A stretch of 64,000 bases of DNA. Origin: Obrimoposthia wandeli (taxonomy: Eukaryota). Location: assembly GCA_977020255.1 (NCBI GenBank), contig CDROCS010004085.1, positions 62,001-126,000 on the forward strand. Direction: 5' to 3'. The notes below the pieces were generated by a model. It was not told the DNA's origin. It saw nothing but the letters and a program-made list of their open reading frames with translations, and did no database searches. A program made the translations under genes and the position numbers. Shown one piece after another: positions 39,676 through 50,165 of this stretch (position 1 is the first letter of the stretch; every line of letters begins with the position of its first letter).

Positions 39676-39703
39676 AAAGGTCCGATTATCGGGCCTTTTT
39701 TAT
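39676..39703 (+). terminator. Intrinsic terminator after uxuA
   Basis: aaaggtccga-tta-tcgggcctttttt. Confidence 0.7.
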
Positions 39704-39819
39704 TTGTTGTTGGTTTGTGTGTTTAATGTTGTATATGTATTGATATAAGACGTAATAAAAAATATGCAATAAATGGAATGAAATACATAGCTGAGTATAA
39801 ATTATAATAAGGAAATATA

Positions 39820-41562
39820 ATGAGCAGCAACTTATCATTTAAGGCTAAAATTCTAACCACTTTAATAACAATAATTATAGCAACAGTATTAACCTCTTAT
39901 TTTAGTATAAATCACTATGTTAGTAGTTATATCATCGAAAGTGATGAACGAAATATTAATACTCAGCTAACATTAGTAAGAGATAAACTTGCCCAAGACA
40001 TCAATACAAGCGTTGTGCTTGCTGAAAATTTAAAAATTGGCCTAACGGGTCTGGATACAATAAAAGAAAATAGCGGCTTTTATTCTGTCGTTAAAGTTGT
40101 GAGTGATCTGGTTATAACCGATAAAGGTCGAGTGAACAATGATTCAATAGCAAAACGTTTTATCGATCAAGTCGCTCAAGTAAAGCAAGTGACGATAAGT
40201 AATGTTTTTTATCAAAATGATATTCCGCTACTAAGTATTACGATACCTAGAGGTAATAGTAGCGGTGATATTTTTTATATTGATATACGAAGTGTTCAAG
40301 AACTCTTATCTTTTTCGGCCATTCAGGGTAGTTACATTGAATTGTACGACCCAGCGAATAACCTCGTGTATTCAGATAAGGTCGATGGTGATCTCATTGC
40401 ACTTAACCATGATTTAATGATTGATGGTAAAGAATGGAGTTTAACGGGATACCTTGATAAAGGCTATGTGCAAAGCAATACAAATAGACTAAGTAAAAGC
40501 ATTACTTTTGCTCTTCTTATTGTGTCGTTAATTACAATCCCGACAAGTGTTTTTATTATTAGCCGTACCTTTAGGCATTTAAGTTCACTTCGCAATATCG
40601 TAACTGATTTATCACAAGGCAATGGTGATTTAACCCGTCGATTAATTGTTCATAGCCAAGATGATCTCGGAAAAATAGCCCAAGGAATCAATGATTTTAT
40701 TGTAAATTTACAACGAATGATGCTGGATGTATCTCAGTCAAATCAAAAGATTCATCATGAAATTAATGAGCTAACAAACAAGGCCGATTCAAATCAACAG
40801 CTGTTAGATGCCCATGCACAAGAAACGGAAAAAGTGGTTACGGCTATCAATGAAATGAGCGCAACCGCAGAGTCTGTTGCTGAAACGGGATCCCGCGCAG
40901 CTGAGTTTACCCAGTTAACCAATAATGAGGCAGAAAAATCGAAAGAAGTGGTTCAGCAAGCGACCGAGAGTGTATCGCACCTTGCGCGTGAAGTGGATGA
41001 TATGTCTTCATCGATAGTGACTATGAGTAAAGATTTCGAAAAAATTGATGCAGTACTCAGGGTTATTGGTGAGATTGCTGAACAAACGAATTTATTGGCA
41101 TTGAATGCAGCTATAGAAGCAGCACGTGCTGGTGATCAGGGACGAGGCTTTGCAGTCGTTGCAGATGAAGTAAGGGCACTTGCTGCTCGTACTCAGCAAA
41201 GTACATCGGAAGTCGATGTGATGCTTGCTAACTTGCGTAAAGCGACGGGTATCGTCGTGAACTCGATGGATACAACAAAAGTTAGCTGTACTCAAACGGT
41301 TGATAATACATCACGAGTGATGGATTCACTTAATAGTATGACAACGTCGATCACGACGATAAATGAGTTAACCACCCAAATGGCTTCTTCAGCCAAAGAG
41401 CAGAGTATAGTCACAGAAGAAGTGAATGAAAACATGATGGCGATTCACGATATGATTCGTCAGTTAAGTAGTAATGCAACAGGTACGGTTAAGAGTACAC
41501 AGCGATTAATCGAAGCCAACAGTGAATTAAATACAGTTGTAGGCAGTTTTAAATTAAGTTAA
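39820..41562 (+). CDS. Methyl-accepting chemotaxis protein
   Basis: Two TMs, HAMP (GNGDLTRRL), signalling domain [34 protein letters not shown]. Confidence 0.96.
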   Translation: MSSNLSFKAKILTTLITIIIATVLTSYFSINHYVSSYIIESDERNINTQLTLVRDKLAQDINTSVVLAENLKIGLTGLDTIKENSGFYSVVKVVSDLVITDKGRVNNDSIAKRFIDQVAQVKQVTISNVFYQNDIPLLSITIPRGNSSGDIFYIDIRSVQELLSFSAIQGSYIELYDPANNLVYSDKVDGDLIALNHDLMIDGKEWSLTGYLDKGYVQSNTNRLSKSITFALLIVSLITIPTSVFIISRTFRHLSSLRNIVTDLSQGNGDLTRRLIVHSQDDLGKIAQGINDFIVNLQRMMLDVSQSNQKIHHEINELTNKADSNQQLLDAHAQETEKVVTAINEMSATAESVAETGSRAAEFTQLTNNEAEKSKEVVQQATESVSHLAREVDDMSSSIVTMSKDFEKIDAVLRVIGEIAEQTNLLALNAAIEAARAGDQGRGFAVVADEVRALAARTQQSTSEVDVMLANLRKATGIVVNSMDTTKVSCTQTVDNTSRVMDSLNSMTTSITTINELTTQMASSAKEQSIVTEEVNENMMAIHDMIRQLSSNATGTVKSTQRLIEANSELNTVVGSFKLS

Positions 41563-41669
41563 TTGCCATTTATTATATTTATGTTTAGTTTTATTTAACA
41601 AACCACCTTATTTATCCATAATAAGGTGGTTCGTTGCATATTAAAAGCTACGCGATTCCATTATTTAAT

Positions 41670-42155
41670 TCATTTTAAATACTTTACATGGGCTTCCATT
41701 TCTTCCCCTATTTCTTTACGCATATTCATTAATTTAATGGCTGAATTACGTAGCTTAATATCTTCAGGGGTTTGTGGAATCCATTCTGGAATAGGCGTTG
41801 ATTTTCCGTCTTCATCAACAGCAACCATAATGACAATACAGTGCGTAGTTAGACGACGTTCTAATAGTTTAGGGTCGCTTGCTTGTACATCTATCGCGAT
41901 ATGCATTGAAGAGCGCCCTGTATAAATAACCTTGGCACTAACCTCGACAAGGTTACCAACTTGAATGGGGGCGACAAAACGAATCCCACCAGCATAAGCG
42001 GTAATACAATATTTAGCACTCCATCCGGCAGAGCAGGCATAAGCAGCTAAATCGATCCATTTCATTACCGCCCCGCCATGAACTTTCCCGCCAAAATTAA
42101 CGTCACTTGGTTCTGCTAAAAAACGAAGTGTTACATCACGTTGTCCACCTTCCAT
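41670..42155 (-). CDS. Acyl-CoA thioesterase (hotdog fold, YciA-like)
   Basis: DVNFGGKVHGGAVMKWIDLAAY, IYTGRSSM. Confidence 0.9.
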   Translation of the reverse strand: MEGGQRDVTLRFLAEPSDVNFGGKVHGGAVMKWIDLAAYACSAGWSAKYCITAYAGGIRFVAPIQVGNLVEVSAKVIYTGRSSMHIAIDVQASDPKLLERRLTTHCIVIMVAVDEDGKSTPIPEWIPQTPEDIKLRNSAIKLMNMRKEIGEEMEAHVKYLK

Positions 42156-42294
42156 ACAGCTATTCCTTAGAGCGAAAGAGATTTCATTTCATTTTATGTA
42201 AAAAACAGATGTATCAGTAGTGTTAATTAATTGTTTTGCTATTACACTCTTACAAAATGGATAGATCAAGCGCCTAGTGACCATTTTCTGGAAT

Positions 42295-42439
42295 GAAGCG
42301 CCAGGTGATTTAATTAAAGCATGCAGAACATAATCAATTTTTAATGGCGACGCATGTCGCAGAAACCAAACAAGCCGTCGCGGCGATTACGGGAATGAGT
42401 ACAACGGCTGATTCTGTCGAGCACTTTAAACGGGCTTAA
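42295..42439 (+). pseudogene. Remnant of an MCP C-terminus
   Basis: SMQNIINF / MATHVAETKQAVAAITGMSTTADSVEHFKRA* (42344-42439) resembles the last MCP methylation helix ending V.HFK; no upstream gene body. Confidence 0.4.
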
Positions 42440-42465
42440 TAGGTTAGATTAAGGTTTGGTTGAAT

Positions 42466-42501
42466 AAAAAATCCGATGCTTATTAGAGCATCGGATTTTT
42501 T
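42466..42501. terminator. Bidirectional intrinsic terminator
   Basis: aaaaaatccgatgct-tattag-agcatcggatttttt. Confidence 0.85.
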
Positions 42502-42528
42502 CAGGTTACAACGTTTATTTCGAGGCGT

Positions 42529-44232
42529 TTACTGTTTCTTAAAAGTAATATTTGCCTTAATGGTACCATTGTTGTCTAGAGTGCTACGGTGTAGTACACC
42601 TTGGTCCCAATTTTTGCCAGCAGGTGCATATTCCCAGCGATTGAATTTTATTTTTTGACATGTATCGTTTTCAATTTCGTCATCACACCAGCGAATTGTA
42701 TTATTAAGCTGGGTTAACGTTGCTTTACTCGTATTGTTCGCACCGTTGGTGGTAAACCACCAGAAATCCATCTTAGCAAGCTCGGTATAAGTCGCGTTTA
42801 GGTTCTCTTCCAAATCAACAATGCTACAAGCATCATCGAATTTTTGACCTGTTACCGATACACCCTGCTCATCAAATGTGTAGGTTGATTTAGCAACTTT
42901 ATCACAGTTCGGACGAGTCTCGGTTGCATTCCATGCGCCTTGGAAATCAACATAACGCTCCGCAGTTGGCCCCTCAACCATATAGGTAAAGTTTACAGAA
43001 TCACTGATACGTCCAGTGTGTTGACCAGATAGAACGGTTCTATTTTTGACTTCTGTATAGACGCCCGTCACTGAGTCGTAACTTGTCGATATTACGTCTT
43101 TTCTGATGTTAGAACCATCTTGCTCATCACTGTTGTCATATTGGTTAATAGAGAACTTCGTTAAGGTTGCTTCAGAACAGTTTTTGTTAGCGATGCATTC
43201 ATAAAGTTTACTGAATGTTTTTGCCTCTTCCCATGTTACATCTTCATCTTTTGTCGCTTCTTCGTAATGTGGAAGAATGTTGTACGTAAAGGTACTGCCT
43301 AGTCTAAATTGTTGTTCTGCCTCATCTAGAGGTATGCCGTTACACGACGCAGGGGCTGACTCTGATGATGGTACAAAAACGTTGTTTATATCGTCATTGA
43401 TGCAGGTTAAATACAAGGCAGCGAAATTTCCACTGAGAACAGTATCGTTAGATCCTTTTAATAGAACAAGGTTCTGTTCATCAAGGCGAACTGTAGTGTG
43501 CATAGTGCCACGAGTGGGGTGAGGCAGTAATTGATCAACATGGACGGACAGTACCTCAGCAGAGTTTGTTGAATCTTGCGCTGTTAGGGTAGTGCTTAAT
43601 TCACGTAGATGCTTACCTGAACCTTTTTGCCAGTCAGCCAGAACATCTTTACTGCCTTGCACTAAGCCTGATAATGACTTCTCAAGGTGTTTCTGTGCTG
43701 CTTCTTCGCTTACCCAGTCATTAATTTGAAGTTCAGTTTTTAGCGTATCTGCTGTGCTTAATTGATTGAGCTGAATTTTATTAAGCGCAGCCTTCATTTC
43801 TTCACTAGGGGCTTTAATGCTTTCTGGTAGAGTAATAGCACCTTTTGATGGATCTCCCTCTGACATACTTTGTAGAATTCGAGCTAGGTTCATCGCTTTC
43901 TTAGAGGTACCAGCTACAGTGAATGGTGTTGTTATGGCTTGAGCTGAAGCACTGCCGATAAGAAGACCATCGATACCACCTAGGTAGAAAGTGACTGTGT
44001 CACCTTTTGTAAATTTGTATGTACCTTCGGCATCGGTGAATCCTGCTTTACCACTAGGCTTAGAAATATAGTAAAGGCCTTCTACTTTTGCATCGATGAA
44101 TGCGCCTTGAGTTAATGCAATACTATCGTTACCTGAACCTGTAGAGGTATCAGAAGAAGAATCGCTGCCACAACCCGCTAAAGAAAGAGCGGCTACCATT
44201 GATGCGGCAATAACAGAATACTTGAAGTACAT
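42529..44232 (-). CDS. Uncharacterised surface lipoprotein
   Basis: Lipobox LAGC, Ser-rich linker, GAFIDAKVEGLYY..G.TDAEGTY N-terminal module seen in large gammaproteobacterial lipoproteins. Confidence 0.8.
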   Translation of the reverse strand: MYFKYSVIAASMVAALSLAGCGSDSSSDTSTGSGNDSIALTQGAFIDAKVEGLYYISKPSGKAGFTDAEGTYKFTKGDTVTFYLGGIDGLLIGSASAQAITTPFTVAGTSKKAMNLARILQSMSEGDPSKGAITLPESIKAPSEEMKAALNKIQLNQLSTADTLKTELQINDWVSEEAAQKHLEKSLSGLVQGSKDVLADWQKGSGKHLRELSTTLTAQDSTNSAEVLSVHVDQLLPHPTRGTMHTTVRLDEQNLVLLKGSNDTVLSGNFAALYLTCINDDINNVFVPSSESAPASCNGIPLDEAEQQFRLGSTFTYNILPHYEEATKDEDVTWEEAKTFSKLYECIANKNCSEATLTKFSINQYDNSDEQDGSNIRKDVISTSYDSVTGVYTEVKNRTVLSGQHTGRISDSVNFTYMVEGPTAERYVDFQGAWNATETRPNCDKVAKSTYTFDEQGVSVTGQKFDDACSIVDLEENLNATYTELAKMDFWWFTTNGANNTSKATLTQLNNTIRWCDDEIENDTCQKIKFNRWEYAPAGKNWDQGVLHRSTLDNNGTIKANITFKKQ

Positions 44233-44363
44233 ATATTTCCTTAATTTATGAAAATGTTAACGTATTGATTTTTTTGTTTTTATTTAAAATTTGATGTCAG
44301 TTCCAAATTTGACGCGTATCCTAGAAGTTATTTTTATATGCGGCAACGGAATGGGAGTGCAAG

Positions 44364-44379
44364 TGTGATCGCAAGCACA
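44364..44379. promoter_or_regulatory. CRP site candidate upstream of the lipoprotein gene
   Basis: TGTGA-TCGCAA-GCACA. Confidence 0.5.
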
Positions 44380-44672
44380 TTTATGCTCTTATTTTATAAA
44401 GGAATACTCCATTTCGCTTATATTTAACTCATATTTATTCAATGAATGTTTGTTTGTTTTATGTTTAAAAACAATGAATTAATGTTTTTTAGCTGGATGT
44501 ATACCGTTATTTATAATAAGTGAGGAGATGTTGAGGTCTTGGTATGATGAGAACATACCGCTATCGTTTATCTATCCGTATTTACTTTGTGAGGGGATGG
44601 ATAGGAATCGTAGCGGTTTAATGAGCCGTTAATGGAGGCTAAGCTATATAACAATGACGATATTAAGCCGAT

Positions 44673-44950
44673 TTACACCGTAAATTTTGCCATTTCGTTG
44701 TTTAAATCGACCACTTTATGTTTGATTTTTTGTGATGTGGCATTTGCGTTGTCGCAATTATTGGAGACGTCATTGGCGAAGTCTGATAGTTGATGAACGA
44801 GAGCGACCAATGACTGTGAAACCGAATATTGTTGCTCGGTGGCCACTGCAACATCACTGACTTTTTGCGACACATCCTATATTTTGAGCTGTTTCATTTG
44901 CCGTTGCTATAGAGCCGATTTATTTGCTTGACTGGCAAAAGACACCATTC
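44673..44950 (-). pseudogene. Remnant of an MCP C-terminus
   Basis: SQKVSDVAVATEQQYSVSQSL...LNNEMAKFTV is the MCP terminal motif (IA.ATEQQ..V); upstream ANETAQNI is in another frame, with stops. Confidence 0.7.
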
Positions 44951-45031
44951 AGTACTAGCCTCATCTTTATTAACATCGCAGGTATACCAGTGATGCTTAA
45001 CTAACGATATGAATCAACATAAAGGTATGAG

Positions 45032-45481
45032 ATGAGTGAGAAAGTGTACCGATTTAATACTCCGCAGCGACTCTTTGTGGGTTATACACTGGCTGTTTTG
45101 GTCGATCTAACCGTGCTTAACTTCTATGATGAGTACTGGGAATTCGTTAATATAGAGTCTTTTACGGTTTCATTTGCCGCAGCGTTATTATTACAGTTGT
45201 TACTTAAATTATCGATTGCCGCTGAACATAAACTCGCGAATTATTTCAAACAAAAACCGGGTACAGCCGCAAAATTTTATCGTGGTATCAGCACATATAT
45301 CATCTTAGTGGGTTCAAAGTTCGTCATGCTTGAAGCGATCAATATTTTGTTTGGCGATAAAGTGCAATTTACGGGGCCGCTACATGGTGTCGTGGCGTTT
45401 TTTGCGGTTGTGTTCACCATCTTAATCAGTGAAGTCGTTGTCTCTAAAATCTATTTTGCGCTCGATAATGGTAAAGCGTAA
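45032..45481 (+). CDS. Hypothetical membrane protein (about 4 TM)
   Basis: 149-aa ORF with RBS aaggt and hydrophobic segments. Confidence 0.75.
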   Translation: MSEKVYRFNTPQRLFVGYTLAVLVDLTVLNFYDEYWEFVNIESFTVSFAAALLLQLLLKLSIAAEHKLANYFKQKPGTAAKFYRGISTYIILVGSKFVMLEAINILFGDKVQFTGPLHGVVAFFAVVFTILISEVVVSKIYFALDNGKA

Positions 45482-45501
45482 TAGTCACATTTTTTATCAT
45501 T

Positions 45502-45531
45502 AAAAAAGCAGCGAGATTAGTCGCTGCTTTT
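45502..45531. terminator. Bidirectional intrinsic terminator
   Basis: aaaaaagcagcga-gattag-tcgctgctttt. Confidence 0.8.
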
Positions 45532-45581
45532 ATTTTATATTTTCGTTAATGCTGGTGTGACAGCTGGTATTAATGGCTTAG

Positions 45582-46985
45582 TTAAACTTTAAGCCCTTTC
45601 ATTAATCCCTCAAGAATATCTGCTTGATGATTCAGACGCTGTATTTCGCTGGTTGATTGAGTAACCATATCAGCCACGCGTTGTGACTGCTCACGTACTT
45701 GTTCAACATCTGATGCGATATTATCTGCAACTGCGCCTTGTTCTTCTGCTGCGGCTGCAATTTCAATGCTGCGATCTGCAATGTATTGGTTTTGCTCAGA
45801 AATATGACTAATATCTTTACTGACTGACCCCATCATTTTTTCGCTTGATTCAGCATTATTAACCGTAAGGTGCATGACTTTCATCAAGCCCTGACTATTG
45901 GTTTGTAGTGCCTCGATCATTGTCTTAATTTCAACCGTTGCTGTTTGAGTTCTACCAGCAAGGGTACGCACTTCATCAGCAACAACAGCAAACCCACGGC
46001 CTTGTTCGCCTGCACGTGCAGCTTCAATTGCAGCATTCAATGCAAGTAGGTTTGTTTGCTCTGAAATAGCATTAATTGTTGTTACAACGTCATCAATTTG
46101 GGCGGCGTTACTATCGAGTTCGGCAACGGCTTCTGCGGCAGCATTTATCTCTGTCCCTAATTGATTTATCGATTTAAGTGTTTGATTTACCTGAGCTAAG
46201 CCTTTGGTTGTTGTTTCTGTCGCTTGGCTAGTTTGGCTCGATGTATCTTGCGCATGACTTGCTACTTCGCGAATTGAACCTGCCATTTGTTCTGTTGCAC
46301 TGGCGAGAGAGTCGATTCTATCTTGTTGTTCGTGCGTTAATTGCTCATTTTCAGTGCTTCGTTGGCGCAGCTCTGAGCTGATTTGTTGAATTAAAGCAAT
46401 GGCTTCTTGTGTTGCTTTCACTAACTGTTGCTCTCGATCTGATACGCGATCGACGGTTTGTGCAATAAGATTAAAATCGTTTCGTGCTGGAGCGTACGCA
46501 ATACGTGAGACTAAATCGCCATCAGCAAGACGTTGCACAGCATTATAAATATTATAAAGAGCCCCACCCATGAAAGACATGATGTAGTAAAGGCACATAA
46601 TAATGAAAAGGCATGAAGCGAAAATAATGCTTATGTGGCTGAATGCCAATGATGAAATTAAACTTGGTTGCTCTTTTACTGTAAGGCTGTAAGCGGTGTT
46701 GGGTACTGAAACAGTATCGATGCCATAGCCACCAACCTGAATATTACTGCCAGTCAGAATACGATTAACGTCATTTTCTGTAAGATTTGATTGGGCGATT
46801 AAGTTTGCAACAGTACCCATGTTTTGTTGTAGCAATTGTTTTTGCTGGCTCTCTGATGCATTTATCAATGTCAAACTGACAATGATTATTGCTAGAACAG
46901 GTGTGAAGAAGAGGATTAAAAAATTCTCTTTAAGAGTGACATTGACTAAATATTTATCAATCCAACGGAATGCAATTTCTTTCAT
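45582..46985 (-). CDS. Methyl-accepting chemotaxis protein with very short periplasmic loop
   Basis: Two TMs about 60 aa apart, [38 protein letters not shown]. Confidence 0.96.
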   Translation of the reverse strand: MKEIAFRWIDKYLVNVTLKENFLILFFTPVLAIIIVSLTLINASESQQKQLLQQNMGTVANLIAQSNLTENDVNRILTGSNIQVGGYGIDTVSVPNTAYSLTVKEQPSLISSLAFSHISIIFASCLFIIMCLYYIMSFMGGALYNIYNAVQRLADGDLVSRIAYAPARNDFNLIAQTVDRVSDREQQLVKATQEAIALIQQISSELRQRSTENEQLTHEQQDRIDSLASATEQMAGSIREVASHAQDTSSQTSQATETTTKGLAQVNQTLKSINQLGTEINAAAEAVAELDSNAAQIDDVVTTINAISEQTNLLALNAAIEAARAGEQGRGFAVVADEVRTLAGRTQTATVEIKTMIEALQTNSQGLMKVMHLTVNNAESSEKMMGSVSKDISHISEQNQYIADRSIEIAAAAEEQGAVADNIASDVEQVREQSQRVADMVTQSTSEIQRLNHQADILEGLMKGLKV

Positions 46986-47621
46986 TGTATTTATTCTCTA
47001 AGTACAGCTATGAATAGTCAGGGTTTTAAACTGCTCATATTATGTATGTAAACAATGTTCTAGTTCTGTTGAATTAAGTGATCTTAGTCACGAATATAGT
47101 GATGAACGTCATTCAGCAACTCAGCCCTTTCAGAGAAGCAATTGAAAACGAGAGCTTGGTGTTCTCGTAATAGCTCCTATTTAATTACCTTTGGGTTCAA
47201 TATCTCGTGATCAATATTGATTCTTATCCAGCTTAGACGACCTCAGCTTTACGATAGCTCAACCTGTAAAAGAGATAGTTCTGACTCATTGAAGGATGAT
47301 ATCTGCCGGAAAATTGAACCCAAAATTTGATGATCATTGTACGAAGAGTAGTGAGTGGTGACGGAGATCATAACTTATTGTTGCTACTTGATATATTACT
47401 CATTTTTGATACATACGTGGCATTTTAAAACGTACTGAATGATATAGTCATCGAAATTATCCATCTATTACAAAAGGTTATGATTCACCCATCAGAAATT
47501 TCAAACGTTCAGTGAACGTAGCTTTCCGCAGTTATTACCCTGTTAGTTGTATAAATAAATTGATGATGCCTAATTAATAAGGCACGAACCCTACATATGA
47601 AGTCCATATTTGGAGTAAAAC

Positions 47622-49133
47622 ATGCAAGACCATAATGCAAGATTTCCTACAATTTCTAAGATTCTTATCTTGCGGCAATTTCTTTGGGGGGCTGCCTTCT
47701 ACGGAACGTACGTACTCTTAACTAAATTCTTTCTAAATGACTTAAATTACAGTGAAGCAGACACCATTATGATGATGGGTGCCTTCGGTGCGGTTGGTCC
47801 GGTCTTTTCGGCGGTTGGTGGGTTTGTTGCCGACAAATATATTGGTGCTTTTCGCGCTGTTTATATTGGCTACACAGCGTATTTAGCTGGATTTATATTA
47901 TTAGGGATTGGTGCTAGCGATCTCAATGTGCCTTTAAGTATTTTTTCGATTGCATTAATTGGTTATGCTCGCGGCTTATCTGCTACTTGTCCTACCGTTC
48001 TTTTGGGTAACTCCTATTCAGAAACTAATCGAGAGGCATTCCAGCAGGGTCTAACGGTAAACTACTCAATCAACAATCTAGGTTCTTTTTCTGCTAAGTA
48101 CCTATTTCCTTTTTTGATCGCTTACCTTGCGTACCAGGGTGTTTTCTTTATCTCTGGGCTACTCATGGCTTGCGTCTTGATCTTATTTTTCAAGTTTCGC
48201 AAAGATCTCGCGAGTGTGGGTAACGATTTAGACAAAACGTCACTGCCATTCATGACATGGGCAATCTTTCTTGTAGGCTCAATTGCGACTTTAGGTTTGG
48301 TATTTTGGATTTTCTCAAACCTAGATACGGGAAAATACATTCTTTACTCATTAGGCTTTGGTGCTATTGGCTACTTCATTTATGAAATAACTAAAGCCAC
48401 TCGCGCTTATCAATTCAAAATGGTCGCGGTACTGATCACTGTTTGTATTTTAATCGTATTCTATTTTTTCTACGGTCAAATGTTCACGTCAATGAACATG
48501 TACGCTATTAACCTAATGGGCGACAAGCTACTGGGTTTCATTCCAATTTATCCTGAATCCAATATGGCATTCAACCCACTATGGTGTTTTGTTCTGGGGG
48601 GGCCAATGATTAAGCTATACGGTTGGTTAGACCATAAAGGCTATTCTCCAACTATTCCAACTAAGATCGCTGGCGCATTTGTACTCAGTGCTATCGCGTT
48701 TACGTTATTGGGTCTATCTTCAGAAAACATGGGACCTGATGGTAAAATCTCAGCAGACTGGATTCTATTAGTACACTTTTTCCAATCTGGAGCTGAGTTG
48801 ATTGTAGGCGCATTAGGTGCTGGTTTTATTTTCGAGATGGTACCTCGCTATTTAGCCGCGTTCTCTATTGGTTTACGCGCCGTCGCTATTTCACTCAGTG
48901 GTATTTTGGCTGCGGTAATTGCAACTAAAATCGCGTTGCCTAAAGACATTGTATTTACGCCAGAAGTTGTTGAAGCGGTCTATACGGGTTACTTCTATAT
49001 GTTAGCCCAGATTGCTGCATTTATGTCTGTCTTGACCTTCGCTCTGTCACGTGTGATTCAAAAGTTGATTTTACGCGGAGAAGCGCTTGAAGCAGAAGAA
49101 AAGGACGAAAAAGAAGCGGCTCTGTCGCATTAA
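47622..49133 (+). CDS. POT/PTR-like MFS transporter, divergent
   Basis: GGFVADKYIG, NNLGSF, FYGQM, FNPLW, PTKIAG, GAELIV layout matches POT; ExxERF motif absent. Confidence 0.8.
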   Translation: MQDHNARFPTISKILILRQFLWGAAFYGTYVLLTKFFLNDLNYSEADTIMMMGAFGAVGPVFSAVGGFVADKYIGAFRAVYIGYTAYLAGFILLGIGASDLNVPLSIFSIALIGYARGLSATCPTVLLGNSYSETNREAFQQGLTVNYSINNLGSFSAKYLFPFLIAYLAYQGVFFISGLLMACVLILFFKFRKDLASVGNDLDKTSLPFMTWAIFLVGSIATLGLVFWIFSNLDTGKYILYSLGFGAIGYFIYEITKATRAYQFKMVAVLITVCILIVFYFFYGQMFTSMNMYAINLMGDKLLGFIPIYPESNMAFNPLWCFVLGGPMIKLYGWLDHKGYSPTIPTKIAGAFVLSAIAFTLLGLSSENMGPDGKISADWILLVHFFQSGAELIVGALGAGFIFEMVPRYLAAFSIGLRAVAISLSGILAAVIATKIALPKDIVFTPEVVEAVYTGYFYMLAQIAAFMSVLTFALSRVIQKLILRGEALEAEEKDEKEAALSH

Positions 49134-49219
49134 GTGTTGTTAGTTGCGAATGTAATGATGAAGCTTGTTCAGTAATCAAATAATCGTTCTTCATAGGTTT
49201 TGTATCATTTCTCGGTAAT

Positions 49220-49238
49220 ACGAATTAGAATCATTATC
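49220..49238. promoter_or_regulatory. Fur box candidate upstream of the ChuY-like gene
   Basis: acgAATtAgAATCATTATC matches GATAATGATAATCATTATC at 14/19 positions. Confidence 0.55.
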
Positions 49239-49261
49239 TAACGTTTTAAGGTGTGTGACTT

Positions 49262-49894
49262 ATGAAGACGATTGCTATTTTTGGTGCGAATCGAGGTTTA
49301 GGCTTAGCAATGGTTAAGCATTATGTTCAGCGAAATTATTCAGTGATTGCGATGGTACGGAACCCTGCAAAGGCAACCGAGTTGGCTGAATTGAACGTTA
49401 AAATCGTTCAGTGTGATGCTGTTAATAAAACTGATGTTCAACATGCAGTGATCTGCTTACCAAAAGGTACCGTGGTGATTTCGGGTATGGGAAGTTTTCA
49501 AGCTCAACAATCTGTCGATTATATCGGTCATCGTTATTTAATTGATGCGCTTGAAGAACAAGAAATACAACGCTTCTTAATGGTGACGTCGTTAGGGTGT
49601 GGTGATTCATGGCCGATGCTTTCTGATCGTGCAAAAGCTGTATTTGGTGCTGCTGTGCGTGAAAAAAGCTTGGCTGAATCTTGGCTACAAACCAGCCAAC
49701 TGGCTTACACAATTGTAAGGCCTGGGGGTTTAAAAGACGGTGAATCAACAGGAAGCGCTGAAATTTACCAGAATGAAGAAGTGCATGGTTTGATTAATCG
49801 AAGTGATGTTGCTGTGATAACTGAAAGGTTGCTGAATGATGACACTTCTATTGGGCAAATTTACGCAAGTGTTGACCCTACATTAAGCTATTAA
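49262..49894 (+). CDS. chuY: NAD(P)H-dependent reductase, ChuY (anaerobilin reductase)-like
   Basis: VTSLGCGDSWPMLSDRAKAVFGAAVREKSLAESWLQTSQLAYTIVRPGGL closely matches the recalled E. coli O157 ChuY segment VTSLGCGDSWPFLSERAKAAFGQAVREKTLAESWLQTSQLDYAILRPGGL. Confidence 0.75.
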   Translation: MKTIAIFGANRGLGLAMVKHYVQRNYSVIAMVRNPAKATELAELNVKIVQCDAVNKTDVQHAVICLPKGTVVISGMGSFQAQQSVDYIGHRYLIDALEEQEIQRFLMVTSLGCGDSWPMLSDRAKAVFGAAVREKSLAESWLQTSQLAYTIVRPGGLKDGESTGSAEIYQNEEVHGLINRSDVAVITERLLNDDTSIGQIYASVDPTLSY

Positions 49895-49912
49895 CCAAGA
49901 CGTAATAATTGT

Positions 49913-49940
49913 AAAAAAGGAGAGCATCGCTCTCCTTTTT
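49913..49940. terminator. Bidirectional intrinsic terminator
   Basis: aaaaaaggagagc-atc-gctctccttttt. Confidence 0.8.
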
Positions 49941-49960
49941 GTTTAATCATTGGAGTGAGA

Positions 49961-50119
49961 TTAGTCACCGCCCCCATCACCGTTATCAGAAGAAGCTCCG
50001 CGAGCGTATTTTTTATTCCGCTCTTCCAATTCGAGTTGCTCTTCTTCTTTTTGCTTATTGATAACAGCTTCTGCTTCATCATCTTTTGGCGTGAATAAAC
50101 CTTTAGCCCATTCGAACAT
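49961..50119 (-). CDS. 52-aa acidic small protein not in the ORF track
   Basis: RBS aaggt, ATG 50119, MFEWAKGLFTPKDDEAEAVINKQKEEEQLELEERNKKYARGASSDNGDGGGD*, followed directly by a terminator. Confidence 0.6.
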   Translation of the reverse strand: MFEWAKGLFTPKDDEAEAVINKQKEEEQLELEERNKKYARGASSDNGDGGGD

Positions 50120-50165
50120 ATACTGTACCTTTGTTGCTTCGGATTACCGAAACTTTGTTTAAAGT

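Noticed and set aside
47080-47380. Possible decayed gene on the minus strand (MISVTTHYSSYNDHQILGSIFRQ...) between the MCP and POT genes
   Set aside because: Multiple stops, no RBS and no recognisable family; needs tBLASTx to support
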